Shown: positions 24,690 through 34,832 of the stretch, one piece after another
Numbering within the stretch: position 1 is the first letter of the stretch
Layout: the number at the start of each line of letters is the position of its first letter
DNA from: an uncultured Pseudomonadota bacterium
GTDB lineage: Bacteria; Myxococcota_A; Bradymonadia; Bradymonadales; Bradymonadaceae
DNA length: 42,481 nucleotides
Assembly (NCBI GenBank): GCA_950059285.1
Contig: CATLTV010000022.1
Location: 1 to 42,481, forward strand
Direction of reading: 5' to 3'
Program-made: the position numbers and the translations under genes
Notes under the pieces: generated by a model
What the model was told of the DNA's origin: nothing
Seen by the model: only the letters and a program-made list of their open reading frames with translations
Databases searched by the model: none

Positions 24690-25478
24690 TTATTCATTTT
24701 CGCCGATAACCCCTTCCACATAATTTTTACGTGCATCGACATTCATGCCACGAAGCTTACGACACATGGCACCAATTTTCTGAGCATCAATTTCATCGAG
24801 GGAAGTTGCGCCCATACGTTTGACGTAGAGGTCCTGGAATGCCTTTTTCTCTTCAGCAGAGACAGCTTCTTCGAGCAAGGCGAGGAACTCGGCGCTGCGT
24901 TCTTGCCAGCGTTCCTTGGGGGAAGGCTGTTTTGAGCTTGGCGCAGCCTGCGTCTCAGGAGCAGGTTTGGAGCTTGACTGTGAGCTGCGAGGCTGACGAG
25001 GAGCGGGAGCTTCTTCATATTCGGGGTCATCACCCGTGGAGATGAGGAAGGTCTTCATGAGGAAGTATTTAATCGCGCCTGTGTAAGCCTTGTAGTAGCC
25101 CTTATCACCGTTATCCATGCCTTGACCAACCCATGTGGTGGTCATCATATCGCCAGATTCACCATCGACGAGTGTAATATCCAGCGTGACCGTGGTGAGG
25201 TAGGAGGTCTTGCGACCTTCGTCGGTTTCTTCCACGGAGTGTGCGGCAACGCTGGGGAAGATGGCCACGCCTTGCTCAGCCAACTTGTCACGAATATGAT
25301 CCACAAGGTCAGCTTCATACACGTAATCGTATTTATGGAAGCTATTTCGACCGTTCTTGGGGATGCGGTGCACATCTGCGAGGACCTGAGCGAGCTTACG
25401 CGCCAGAGGACGACCTTGCACAGGGTAAGTTTGAGCAGGAGGAACGGGGAAGTGAGTGACGTTTGGGTTGGTAGCCAT
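24690..25478 (-). CDS. erf: ERF-family single-strand annealing protein (phage-type recombinase), orphan. ORF track extends to 25541; the ATG for MATNPN at 25478 is preferred.
   Basis: IPKNGRNSFHKYDYVYEADLVDHIRDKLAEQGVAIF matches the ERF superfamily core (KNGKNsF-KYkYasLedi). Ser/Pro/Gln-rich linker and acidic C-terminus. No other phage genes nearby. Confidence 0.7.
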   Translation of the reverse strand: MATNPNVTHFPVPPAQTYPVQGRPLARKLAQVLADVHRIPKNGRNSFHKYDYVYEADLVDHIRDKLAEQGVAIFPSVAAHSVEETDEGRKTSYLTTVTLDITLVDGESGDMMTTTWVGQGMDNGDKGYYKAYTGAIKYFLMKTFLISTGDDPEYEEAPAPRQPRSSQSSSKPAPETQAAPSSKQPSPKERWQERSAEFLALLEEAVSAEEKKAFQDLYVKRMGATSLDEIDAQKIGAMCRKLRGMNVDARKNYVEGVIGENE

Positions 25479-25687
25479 GGTGTGCTCCTTGTATCGAAAA
25501 GAGAAGGTGTGTCGTGCCTTTAGTGTGTATATGCTCCACATGACATGGAGCGAACAAGCGTCATGTTGCGCTTGATTGAGGGGGTCATCATCTCGCCCCT
25601 TACATACTTAAGAATACCCACCCCACAGCGTAAAACAATGTCTTAACCGCTGCGAATACGATCAAAAACCATTCAACGCAAAAAATA

Positions 25688-25729
25688 AACCTGGCGAGCG
25701 TTGCTGCAAAGCAACGCTCGCCAGGTTTA
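25688..25729. terminator. Bidirectional Rho-independent terminator between rmlC (-) and erf
   Basis: Perfect 15-bp stem cctggcgagcgttgc / gcaacgctcgccagg, loop tgcaaa, flanked by aaaaaataaa and tttattctt. Confidence 0.88.
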
Positions 25730-25759
25730 TTCTTAAATAACTGATTTTAATAAGGAATA

Positions 25760-26245
25760 TCAATCCGCCTTGAAGGGGCTATCCTCGTCATCCTCATGTC
25801 GAATCTCATCAATAGGCTGAGAGTAGTTCTCTCCCATGTAAAGTGCGTTGGGGCAATTGATCACCACGCCCGAGTGAGGTGATGTGTTTTTATAGGCGTG
25901 CACCACACCAGGAGGAATGATCACAGCATGAGGAGAATCCTCACCAATAACCACCACTTGCTTGACCCAGTAGGTCTCTGAATCTTCGCGATTATCCCAG
26001 AGATAGAGCTTGAAGTTTCCTGGTCCAAGGAAACAGAAATAATCAGTCTGGTCCACGTGCTCGTGCGGACCACGTACCACACCAGGATAGGTCTGAGAGA
26101 CATATGTCATCACAGGGCGAACCTCTTCCGTGACGTTGTCTGTGCGCCACATCTCGGAGAGCCAACCACGCTCATCCACAAACTTCTTGAGTGGACGAAT
26201 TTCCACGCCCTCGATCTTGCCTTTTGTAAACGGTTTTTCGCTCAT
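25760..26245 (-). CDS. rmlC: dTDP-4-dehydrorhamnose 3,5-epimerase
   Basis: Cupin-fold RmlC. About 160 aa, PGVVRGPHEH and FKLYLWDNRE motifs. Confidence 0.85.
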   Translation of the reverse strand: MSEKPFTKGKIEGVEIRPLKKFVDERGWLSEMWRTDNVTEEVRPVMTYVSQTYPGVVRGPHEHVDQTDYFCFLGPGNFKLYLWDNREDSETYWVKQVVVIGEDSPHAVIIPPGVVHAYKNTSPHSGVVINCPNALYMGENYSQPIDEIRHEDDEDSPFKAD

Positions 26246-26248
26246 GCC

Positions 26249-26977
26249 TTACTTCTCCTGTGCTGCTTCTTGTTCCATAATCAATCGGTTGGCCAGGTGG
26301 AATGAAGGGAACGTCCCTGCATCAGTCCACCATCCTTGAAGGTGACCAAAGCTCATCTCACCGGCTTCAATATATGCGTTATTCACATCGGTAATCTCGT
26401 ACTCCCCACGTGCAGATGGCTTGAGTCCACGGATGAACTCAAACACTCTGGCGTCATAAAAATAAATGCCAGTCACAGCCATGGATGAGGGAGGATCTTT
26501 AGGCTTTTCAATGATCTCGGTGACACGATCACCATCCACACACGCCACGCCATAACGCGCGGGGTCATGGACCTCTTTCAGGAGCACACGAGCGCCCTGC
26601 TCCTGTGCGTTGAACGCCTCGACATCGGAGACAATGGAGTCTTCAAAGATGTTATCGCCAAGCAACACACAGATCTTGTCACCGCCAGCAAAGTTCTCGG
26701 CCAGAGCAAGAGCCTGAGCGATACCACCTGCCTCATCCTGAACCTTGAACGTAAAGTGACAGTTGTAATCCTTACCCGAACCAAGCAAGCCCACGACATC
26801 GCCCATATGTTCGGTACCCGTCACGATGAGAATCTGCTCTACGCCTGCTTCGCGCAGCTTTTCAATGGGGTGCAAGAGCATCGGCTGCTTGCCCACGGGC
26901 AAGAGGTGCTTGTTGGTGACCTTTGTGAGAGGAAACAAACGACTCCCTGTTCCTCCAGCCAATATAACGCCTTTCAT
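26249..26977 (-). CDS. rmlA: Glucose-1-phosphate thymidylyltransferase (short form) or nucleotidyltransferase. ORF track extends to 27034.
   Basis: MKGVILAGGTGSRLFPLTKVTNKHLLPVGKQPM N-terminal nucleotidyltransferase signature. Position between rmlB and rmlC. Confidence 0.75.
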   Translation of the reverse strand: MKGVILAGGTGSRLFPLTKVTNKHLLPVGKQPMLLHPIEKLREAGVEQILIVTGTEHMGDVVGLLGSGKDYNCHFTFKVQDEAGGIAQALALAENFAGGDKICVLLGDNIFEDSIVSDVEAFNAQEQGARVLLKEVHDPARYGVACVDGDRVTEIIEKPKDPPSSMAVTGIYFYDARVFEFIRGLKPSARGEYEITDVNNAYIEAGEMSFGHLQGWWTDAGTFPSFHLANRLIMEQEAAQEK

Positions 26978-27066
26978 ACTATATCCTTTTATGAAGCAGT
27001 ATAATCTGCATGACCACTGCGACATGGCACACACAGCATAGTGATAATCATCACAAGAAGAGAGGA

Positions 27067-28080
27067 CTACATCTCCCAGATCTTCTCAAGATTTTCAAGA
27101 TACCATCGCACAGTAAAGCGCATCGTATGCTCAAACTTCGTGCCTGCCTCCCAGCCAAGCTCATCCTTCAACCTAGAAGCATCAATCGCATAACGGAGGT
27201 CATGACCAGGACGATCCTTCACAAACGTGATCAATCCCTCGGAGTCCTTGGTGCCAAGCTCTTCATCCACAAGTTTGCAGAGCAGCTTGACCAGATCAAT
27301 ATTGCGCCACTCGTTGTTGGTCCCCACGTTGTAAGACCGACCTGTCTCACCCTTGTTAAACACGGTGAACAGAGCGCTACAGTGATCTTCTACATACAAC
27401 CAATCACGAATGTTCAAACCCTCACCATAGACAGGCAGTGGCTTTCTATCGCGAATGTTGCGAATGATGACAGGAATCAACTTCTCGGGGTACTGGTACG
27501 GACCAAAGTTGTTGGAGCAGTTGGTCAACACCACATCAAGCCCATACGTCCTGTGGTAGGCCCTCACGATGTGATCACTGGACGCCTTACTCGCCGAGTA
27601 TGGAGAGGATGGGTTGTAAGGAGTGTCCTCCACAAAGAAGCCATCGTCGCTCTCAAGCTCACCAAACACCTCATCGGTGGAGACATGCAAGAACCTGATG
27701 CGCTCACCTGACTGATGGAGCGCACGCGCGCACTCAAGCAGGACGAATGTCCCCACGATATTGGTCTGAATGAATTCACCTGGACCAGTGATACTGCGGT
27801 CCACATGGCTTTCTGCAGCAAGGTGGTAGACGCCTGTAGGCTTCACCTCGGAGAAGAGTTTTTGCATGGCGGACATGTCTGCGATGTCAGCCTGTACAAA
27901 GCTCACATTGGGGTGATTGAGCGCATCCTCAATGTAACGCTTATTGCCTGCGTATGTGAGCTTATCCACCACGACAAGCTGATCAAAACCGCCCTGCTCA
28001 AGGAGGTAGTGCACCAGGTTTGCTCCGATAAAACCTGCGCCGCCAGTAACAATAAGCCTTTGATTTACATTCACTTTCAA
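27067..28080 (-). CDS. rmlB: dTDP-glucose 4,6-dehydratase. Start probably GTG 28074 rather than TTG 28080.
   Basis: Extended SDR: TGGAGFIGANLV Rossmann motif, YxxxK catalytic motif (YSASKASSDHIVRAY), RmlB-specific C-terminal region. Confidence 0.9.
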   Translation of the reverse strand: MKVNVNQRLIVTGGAGFIGANLVHYLLEQGGFDQLVVVDKLTYAGNKRYIEDALNHPNVSFVQADIADMSAMQKLFSEVKPTGVYHLAAESHVDRSITGPGEFIQTNIVGTFVLLECARALHQSGERIRFLHVSTDEVFGELESDDGFFVEDTPYNPSSPYSASKASSDHIVRAYHRTYGLDVVLTNCSNNFGPYQYPEKLIPVIIRNIRDRKPLPVYGEGLNIRDWLYVEDHCSALFTVFNKGETGRSYNVGTNNEWRNIDLVKLLCKLVDEELGTKDSEGLITFVKDRPGHDLRYAIDASRLKDELGWEAGTKFEHTMRFTVRWYLENLEKIWEM

Positions 28081-28102
28081 ACCTTCCTATCAAGGATCAC
28101 AA

Positions 28103-29053
28103 TCAGGGATACTTCCACTTTCCAGCTTTACCCAACAAGCCATCACGGATACCTGCGAGCAAAAACTGCATACGTCTCTTCTTATCTTTTCTGAGGGTCG
28201 CGCTCAAGCCAAACTCAAGCGCAACTCTGCCTGCAACCACAGACCAGGTCAGACTATTTGACGCGGTACGTTGTGTAATCAGGATCAGGTTGCGCATTTG
28301 ATAATAGGCATACCAGGTGGGTTTATCCGAAATTCGAATCTGGGCGTTGCCCGAGCCATGTGCTTCATATTCGTAACCATCCTCAAAGACAGCATCACAC
28401 ACGACCTCCTGTCGCCAACCATGATCATCAAGCAGTAGTCCATAGCCCCTGTCTTCCCAACCATGCCACAGATCGACCCAGGGAAGCAGGCCACTACGCA
28501 CAGGTTCCAGGTGATAGAGCGCACCATTTGAACTCGCCCAGTAGACAGGAAAGTTTTTGGTGGGCTTGACTGTGGTCCCGACATACGGAATGGGCAGGCG
28601 AGTTCTGCCTGTAAGGTTATACTTTTGAAGATGCGTGGTGTAGCGCAAGGGATAGAGCGCACCAAGTTGCTTTTGATCTGGCTGCGCGTTGGCGTGTTTA
28701 AGCAAGGCATTTAGAGCGTCCAGCTTCACCTCACCATCATCATTAACGGCATAAGCCCAGCGCGCACCTGATTGCTCCGAGGCAATTGTAAGACGTTTGA
28801 AGTGATTCCCAGCAGCGCCAAGGTTTGTAGAGGCATTTTCATAGATAATATCCTCCCATCCAGCCTCATCAATCGCATCAGAGATCGCACCACTTCCAAG
28901 AGAGTCGACCACAATAATTTTGCAAAAAGGGTGTGTGGTGCCATCACCATAGACTCCTCTGAGCAAGCCCAGGACTGATTCATCCTGGCGAAACGTCGAG
29001 ATCACAAGACACACATGAGCCAACGTGGATTCGGTTGCATAAGAGGGAGGCAT
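28103..29053 (-). CDS. Putative GT2-family glycosyltransferase, WbbL-like rhamnosyltransferase
   Basis: N-terminal VCLVISTFRQDE...KIIVVDSLGSG resembles the WbbL-type GT-A fold. Sits immediately upstream of rmlBAC in the same orientation. Confidence 0.45.
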   Translation of the reverse strand: MPPSYATESTLAHVCLVISTFRQDESVLGLLRGVYGDGTTHPFCKIIVVDSLGSGAISDAIDEAGWEDIIYENASTNLGAAGNHFKRLTIASEQSGARWAYAVNDDGEVKLDALNALLKHANAQPDQKQLGALYPLRYTTHLQKYNLTGRTRLPIPYVGTTVKPTKNFPVYWASSNGALYHLEPVRSGLLPWVDLWHGWEDRGYGLLLDDHGWRQEVVCDAVFEDGYEYEAHGSGNAQIRISDKPTWYAYYQMRNLILITQRTASNSLTWSVVAGRVALEFGLSATLRKDKKRRMQFLLAGIRDGLLGKAGKWKYP

Positions 29054-29323
29054 CTACATATCCTTCTGAAAGAGTTCCAACGTAAAATAAATATTCAGGC
29101 TGCGCGAACTTTGGTGGTTGTGCTCGCACAACACATGAGGTCAGCAAGACAGGGGGAGCACCCCATGAATCTGACTCGTTTTTGTTCGAAAAATCGCCCA
29201 CAGCCCGCGTTATACAGTTCGTCAGAAGCCTTGTCCAGACGTTACAACGAGCCAGCACCAAGGTATACACAGCCGATGAAAATGGTATATGCGCCTTGAT
29301 TTTAAATGCGTGCAGACACTCCA

Positions 29324-29339
29324 GGTTCTGTTGACCTAA
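29324..29339. repeat. 16-mer GGTTCTGTTGACCTAA, copy 1, overlapping the stop codon of the minus-strand GT4 gene
   Basis: 15/16 identical to 37903-37918 (GGCTCTGTTGACCTAG), which is placed identically at the stop of pglF. Confidence 0.4.
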
Positions 29340-30562
29340 CGTGACATCAAGAGTGCACGAAGTTTGGCGCTGACGGAGTCCATACCAAACTCCTCGATAG
29401 CGTGCGCCCGAAGGCCCTCGCTCCAGAGTTGACGCTTTGGCTGCAAGGTCTTCACACACCATGATGCACATTGTTCAAGAGAGGTTCTGGTCACATCATC
29501 AACCACATACAGTCCCTCAAGATCTTGAAAACGCTCATCAAGATCGCCAACACCACGAATCATCACAGTGGGCAAACCACACAACATGTACTCCACCACC
29601 TTGATGGGACACACAGCCTGTTGTGAGAATGAAGGTTCTCGCAGGGAAAGCCCAAGGTCACTGGCCGCAATATGTTTGGCCACATCTTCTGGAGGACAAC
29701 GCATCACCGAAATACGCCTGGCAACAGACTCGGGGAGGTCTTGAATGAGGTCATGCATCACATCTTGCATACCGCTCATCACCAGAAGATGTGTATCTTC
29801 GTGGCGCTCTTGCACGAGTCGAAACAGGGCGAGCATCTCTTCAGGATGATATTGCGGGCCGAGAGAACCTGCATAGGCAAGTACCAGAGCATCGTCTGAA
29901 ATCCCAAGCTTTTGACGTACGGCAGTACGTTGTTGAGGCTCAAGAGGCTTGAAGATGGTGTGGTCCTTGGCATTGGGCAAGACATGGATTTTATCAGGAT
30001 CTAACCCTGCACCAGCTCTGGCATGAAGCGTTCGTTTGGCGTGAAAGGATCGTGTAATGACAGCGCGAGCATGGCGTACAGCCTGGGACTCCCAGTCGCG
30101 GAAGAGCCTGTACATGACACCACTGGCTCGCCATCCAGCAAAGTCGACACGTTCATCTGCCATCAAACCGTCCGCATCAAAGACAAGTTTTAATTCGGGG
30201 TTTAAGCGAATGGCAAGCAGGCACATCGCCGCAGGGATGATGCTACGAGGCATAAGCGTATCGATCTTGCGCTGTTTTGCCACGGACACAATCTTCTTGG
30301 CCCCCATCAGGATGGAGAGCGGCACTGCTATTTTTTTGGGGCGTGCAATGGTGGGGACATGTTCGTAATAAAGCCCATGCTGTGCAGCGCTCTTTTGAAT
30401 GCCTTGCACCTGCTCATCAGAAGCCCAGGTGAACTGCAAGACATCAATGCGCAAGTCTTCACACTGTGCGTGTGCAAAGATGGGAAAGAATAACGACTCC
30501 ATATAATTCTGAGCAGGACCGTCCCAGGTCACAAAGAGCGTGTGCGAAGCTTCTCTCATCAA
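29336..30562 (-). CDS. Glycosyltransferase, GT-B fold (GT4/GT1-like)
   Basis: C-terminal nucleotide-sugar binding region. VCPIKVVEYMLCGLPTVMIRGVGD resembles the GT4 E-x7-E region. Confidence 0.7.
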   Translation of the reverse strand: MMREASHTLFVTWDGPAQNYMESLFFPIFAHAQCEDLRIDVLQFTWASDEQVQGIQKSAAQHGLYYEHVPTIARPKKIAVPLSILMGAKKIVSVAKQRKIDTLMPRSIIPAAMCLLAIRLNPELKLVFDADGLMADERVDFAGWRASGVMYRLFRDWESQAVRHARAVITRSFHAKRTLHARAGAGLDPDKIHVLPNAKDHTIFKPLEPQQRTAVRQKLGISDDALVLAYAGSLGPQYHPEEMLALFRLVQERHEDTHLLVMSGMQDVMHDLIQDLPESVARRISVMRCPPEDVAKHIAASDLGLSLREPSFSQQAVCPIKVVEYMLCGLPTVMIRGVGDLDERFQDLEGLYVVDDVTRTSLEQCASWCVKTLQPKRQLWSEGLRAHAIEEFGMDSVSAKLRALLMSR

Positions 30563-30585
30563 AAAATCCTTGCCGTATGATTAAC

Positions 30586-31707
30586 TTAGTCTTCCAAGAT
30601 TGAGAGGTAGAACGCTTCAACATCTGACAAGTAGCGCTCTGTCGAGAATGCAGTTTTGGCCATCTGTTGTGCGGCCTGTCCCAGCGTCTTGCGCTCATCA
30701 GCGTTGCTGAGCAAACGATGAAGAGCTTTGGCAAGTTCGGGAGGATTCTTTGTAGGGGTCAGCAGCCCAGTTTTACCATGGTCTACAATATCAGGGAATG
30801 CACCTGCGTCGCTTGTCACCACAGGAATTCCTGCGCCCATAGCCTCCACCACGACAAGACCAAAAGCCTCACTGGTACTGGGCAAAGAGAAGATATCCAG
30901 GACAGGATACAGTCTGTACGGCTCGCGAATATATCCAGTAAAGACGACGCGTTCGGACACACCAAGCTCATGAGCCATCTCCTTGAGCATGTCAAGGTCT
31001 GGCCCTTTCCCTGCGACCAACAAATAAAGCGGGACATCGTAGTCATCAGGATCAAGCAAGGCAAACGCACGCATAAGATCCGAGAAGCGCTTGAAGCGAT
31101 CATAAATACGACTCATGGATCCAACCACGAGCGCATTAGCAGGAATACCAAGTTCCTGACGATACGCCGCCACTTCAGATGGGGGAGGAGACGGTTCAAG
31201 CGTGATACCATTGGTGATCAGCTGAAGTTTTTCGTCCGAAATGCAGGAGCGCTTTTGCAAGTACCTGAATACGTGAGGAGAGATAGCCACACATTTTTCA
31301 GCAAGCATTGCCGAAAAGGCCATCAGAAGATCTCCCTTCCAACTTCTCCATGTGGTGGCACCAGTCTCCTCTACGATCACATGTGGCACCTGGCCCAAAT
31401 AACCAGCGAGAGATGCCATGTTTACACCTTCAAACACGGCACCATGAATGACATCAGGCTTCCATGTAGCAATCAGCTCAAGAATAGCAGCGATGCTATC
31501 CAGATCAAAAGGGGCCCATGTGCCTGGGACGACATCTATCTGAACCCCTGTTTCGGCCATTCGGTCGGCCACGGCGCCTCTCATTTCCTTACAGATCACA
31601 CGCTGCTCAAACATGTCTGGATCAAGATGTTGAATCAGCCTCAGTCGTCTTTGTTCAACACCACCAGAAGCGATCCACGGCAATACATGCAGGATGCGAT
31701 ACGCCAT
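30586..31707 (-). CDS. Glycosyltransferase family 4
   Basis: FSLPSTSEAFGLVVVEAMGAGIPVVTSDAGAFPDIV, typical GT4 motif. Confidence 0.85.
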   Translation of the reverse strand: MAYRILHVLPWIASGGVEQRRLRLIQHLDPDMFEQRVICKEMRGAVADRMAETGVQIDVVPGTWAPFDLDSIAAILELIATWKPDVIHGAVFEGVNMASLAGYLGQVPHVIVEETGATTWRSWKGDLLMAFSAMLAEKCVAISPHVFRYLQKRSCISDEKLQLITNGITLEPSPPPSEVAAYRQELGIPANALVVGSMSRIYDRFKRFSDLMRAFALLDPDDYDVPLYLLVAGKGPDLDMLKEMAHELGVSERVVFTGYIREPYRLYPVLDIFSLPSTSEAFGLVVVEAMGAGIPVVTSDAGAFPDIVDHGKTGLLTPTKNPPELAKALHRLLSNADERKTLGQAAQQMAKTAFSTERYLSDVEAFYLSILED

Positions 31708-31909
31708 TAAATGTTATCTCCCATAGTACAATTAAAAATGTTCGGTCTTGAAAAACTCACATACCAGAAGTACATGCGGTTCTACATTCTTATGTTGCTA
31801 CATGCAAGCCACAGCGGACCGAACCATGCTCCGTTACAAGCGGCCAGTGCATCAAAGCACGCAAGGAATAGCCCAGAACCTAAAACGATTTAGCCCCCCC
31901 AAATAACAC

Positions 31910-33016
31910 ATGTCCTCACATAAAATTAAAGTTGTTCGCCTGATCCCGGTCCTTGACTTTGGAGGGGTTGAATCCCGATTCATCTTACAGTCCACCCTCA
32001 TGGACAGAGAACGGTTTGATCTGAGGGTGTGTACCTTCTGGAAGCCAGGCGCAGCCGCACAAAAAATACAGGAGCTTGGCATTCCTGTGGATGTGCTAGA
32101 CGTGGACCCTTCTGTGCGAAACCCAATGGCGTCCGTTAAACTGTTCCAATATTTGCAACAGCAAAAACCTGATGTCTTGCATGCCAGTATTGCCGAGGCA
32201 ATGTTTCACGGCGCAATCGCATCATTTCTGGCGCAAGTACCACTCCGAATTATTGAAGACACTGGCGTTCCATCACGAGGCACCGTGGGTCACCTTGCGT
32301 ACAGCGCAATCTCACGACTGGTGCACCATGTCATTGGCGTATCCAAGGCCACATGTCAGTACCTGATCAATGAAGATCACATGCTAGAGGACAGGGTCAA
32401 ACTAATCTACAACTGTGGTAAGCCTGCCTTCTTCAAAGGTGAGCGCTCACGTAAGAGGGCTAAAGACGAGCCATTCAAGATACTTACAGCGGGTCGTCTT
32501 GTTCCTGTAAAAAATCAAGCCATGCTAATCGATATGATGGCGGACCTTGTGCACAAAAAGAAGCTCAACGTTCACCTGAACATCGCTGGTGATGGTGCAT
32601 TAAAAGACGACCTCCAGAAAGCGATCGACGCTGCTGACCTCGGCGCACATGTGACACTCCTTGGTTTCCGCAAGGATGTGCAACACTTGCTCAACACACA
32701 CGACCTCTTTGTCATCCCATCACATAATGAAGGGTGCAGCATCGCGTTGATCGAGGCGATGGCGACAGGAATACCTGTGCTTGGCTCCACAGCGCCAGGC
32801 ATTGCCGAAGTTATGGGTGGGCTGGGTGATGACTACTTGCTCCCTGCCAAGAGCACCGAGGCATGGATCACCAAGGTGAGTGAAGTTGTGGCACAATGGA
32901 GCGAAAAACAACTTGATGAACATGGTCAACGCGGCAAAGTCATTGCACATACCGAGTTCTCCCCTACACGTTATATTGGTGAGTTGGAAACACTCTACTC
33001 ACAGGTCAAAAAGTAG
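31910..33016 (+). CDS. Glycosyltransferase family 4
   Basis: FVIPSHNEGCSIALIEAMATGIPVLGSTAPGIAEVM GT4 motif. Confidence 0.85.
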   Translation: MSSHKIKVVRLIPVLDFGGVESRFILQSTLMDRERFDLRVCTFWKPGAAAQKIQELGIPVDVLDVDPSVRNPMASVKLFQYLQQQKPDVLHASIAEAMFHGAIASFLAQVPLRIIEDTGVPSRGTVGHLAYSAISRLVHHVIGVSKATCQYLINEDHMLEDRVKLIYNCGKPAFFKGERSRKRAKDEPFKILTAGRLVPVKNQAMLIDMMADLVHKKKLNVHLNIAGDGALKDDLQKAIDAADLGAHVTLLGFRKDVQHLLNTHDLFVIPSHNEGCSIALIEAMATGIPVLGSTAPGIAEVMGGLGDDYLLPAKSTEAWITKVSEVVAQWSEKQLDEHGQRGKVIAHTEFSPTRYIGELETLYSQVKK

Positions 33017-33025
33017 AGGCACTCC

Positions 33026-33577
33026 ATGTGGGTTGCAGGCCACCTCGCGACAAGCTATCTATTAGGACACACAACATCCAGGTTGTCACACACACCACTG
33101 TCCCTGAACGTGCTCGCCTGTCTGGCAGGAGGACTGCTCCCTGACCTGATCGATAAACCACTGCTTCTACTCCAATACACGCCTTATGGTAGGAGCGTAG
33201 GCCATAGCATGTTAAGCACACTGCTGGTGTGTGTTGTGGCGGCAGCCACAGTGCTCGTAGCGAGTCGACGTGGACACACGCACACGTCCAACACGATACT
33301 CGCGCTTGCGACAGGCTGGTTCGCTCATCTGGGCATCGATTTTGTGGATGACACCGTTGGGAGCTTTCTCTTTACAGGCCAACTATTTACAGCATGGATG
33401 GGATGGCCCTACCTCACACCAGATGACTGGGATATCAAGGGACCTTTGCTTGGTATACGATGCCATGGGTGTATCACCCCTCTTGAATGGTGCTCACTGG
33501 CCGCTGCATTATCCATCTTCACCATTCGCACATATCGACGCATCATCGTGCATTGGGCGATGAAGAAGACATCTTAG
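33026..33577 (+). CDS. Membrane-bound metal-dependent hydrolase-like protein (YdjM/DUF457-like)
   Basis: Four hydrophobic segments, GHL near the N-terminus, GRSVGHS motif and His-rich loops, about 180 aa. Confidence 0.45.
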   Translation: MWVAGHLATSYLLGHTTSRLSHTPLSLNVLACLAGGLLPDLIDKPLLLLQYTPYGRSVGHSMLSTLLVCVVAAATVLVASRRGHTHTSNTILALATGWFAHLGIDFVDDTVGSFLFTGQLFTAWMGWPYLTPDDWDIKGPLLGIRCHGCITPLEWCSLAAALSIFTIRTYRRIIVHWAMKKTS

Positions 33578-34832
33578 GTGCGTAGCTGAGCAACAGCAAG
33601 ATACTCACATAAAACGGCATCATGGGGATTCGATACCGTGATAACGTACCAATGTTTGTCGTGGCGATTCCCACGACAGCACCAAACAGGACAACAAAAA
33701 GTAATCCTCCCATGATGCCAGGAGTTCCCAATATAAGGCGCACAGTACGCCTGATGCCCTGAACAAACAGAAGCCGCCCCCAGAGAAACAAGAAGAAGGT
33801 GGTCTCCAAAGCATTCAAGAGCAACGCAGCATTGCGTGCTTCAAAGATAAACGGCCTGAACAACGAGAAAAAAAGCCCCAAAGGCAACATCAGCAGTTGT
33901 GTACTTGAATCACGTGCAGGCGCGCTAGAAACCATGTAGTTTGAGCCCCCCGAAGTACGTTGACCAATCACCTGCAAGTTACCAATTTCTTTTGAAATTG
34001 ATGAGAACGAATAGCGTGGAAACAACTCACCAAGCAGCACAATTCCACCCAGGGCCATCGCCACAATCAACAGTAAATACACAGGCTGGTAGATTAATTT
34101 TTTCTTGGATGGGCTGCTTATTTGTGACTGCCAGAAAAAACCAATGAGCATAGCGAGCAGCCAAGGAAATAAAATATAAGCCTTGAAAATAGATACGATA
34201 CCTCCACCAAGTAACACCAGCGCGATCCCCTTGAGGTAGCCACGCCTTAACACCAAGCAAATTGAGCCATAGACCAACGGCCCCATACCAATCATGGCCA
34301 TGGGCTCCTTGAGCATGCCGCTGGTCCAAAACACAGCAGATGGAAGGAGCATTGTTGCCCACAAAACGTAACGGTGGAGCTTGGGATTAAAGAATAACGA
34401 AAATGAACAATATATCAAATACTTACAAAAAAAACCAACCAATGCAATGATCAATGATTGCACGTATAAATAGCCTGGCAGAGGGAGATTAAGCCATGTA
34501 GACAACGCAATCATCGACCCTGTCGATGTCCCCTCGAAATCAAGGTTAATTCCTGATTCTTTTCCAACCAAATAGAGTAAAAATGGCTTGGTGTATGTCA
34601 CAAGATCAGATTGTAACAAGGCCACGCTTTGCAACCCACGGTAGTGATAGGCAAGCAAATCACCACCACCAAAAAAATATTTGGTCATCAGGATTAACAC
34701 CACTGAACTGACAACATGCGCCAAGAAGCTCATGGCAATCCAGGGACGCTCCCAGCTTGGTAACTTCGACTGCCAAGACAACAGGCCCATCACGGCAATC
34801 GCAAGAGTTGTAATAAAGAGCAGCACCTCCAT
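33543..34832 (-). CDS. Polytopic membrane protein, Wzy_C-like (O-antigen polymerase, O-antigen ligase or O-oligosaccharyltransferase family)
   Basis: About 11-12 predicted TM helices with a larger periplasmic loop. Start ATG overlaps the ABC transporter stop (TAATG). Located in the glycan cluster. Confidence 0.5.
   Translation of the reverse strand: MEVLLFITTLAIAVMGLLSWQSKLPSWERPWIAMSFLAHVVSSVVLILMTKYFFGGGDLLAYHYRGLQSVALLQSDLVTYTKPFLLYLVGKESGINLDFEGTSTGSMIALSTWLNLPLPGYLYVQSLIIALVGFFCKYLIYCSFSLFFNPKLHRYVLWATMLLPSAVFWTSGMLKEPMAMIGMGPLVYGSICLVLRRGYLKGIALVLLGGGIVSIFKAYILFPWLLAMLIGFFWQSQISSPSKKKLIYQPVYLLLIVAMALGGIVLLGELFPRYSFSSISKEIGNLQVIGQRTSGGSNYMVSSAPARDSSTQLLMLPLGLFFSLFRPFIFEARNAALLLNALETTFFLFLWGRLLFVQGIRRTVRLILGTPGIMGGLLFVVLFGAVVGIATTNIGTLSRYRIPMMPFYVSILLLLSYAPKMSSSSPNAR

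Noticed and set aside
24534-24935. 133-aa + strand ORF overlapping the ERF gene
   Set aside because: Antisense to a gene with clear family motifs. The translation is hydrophobic low-complexity, and its own start sits inside the upstream terminator and AT-rich spacer.
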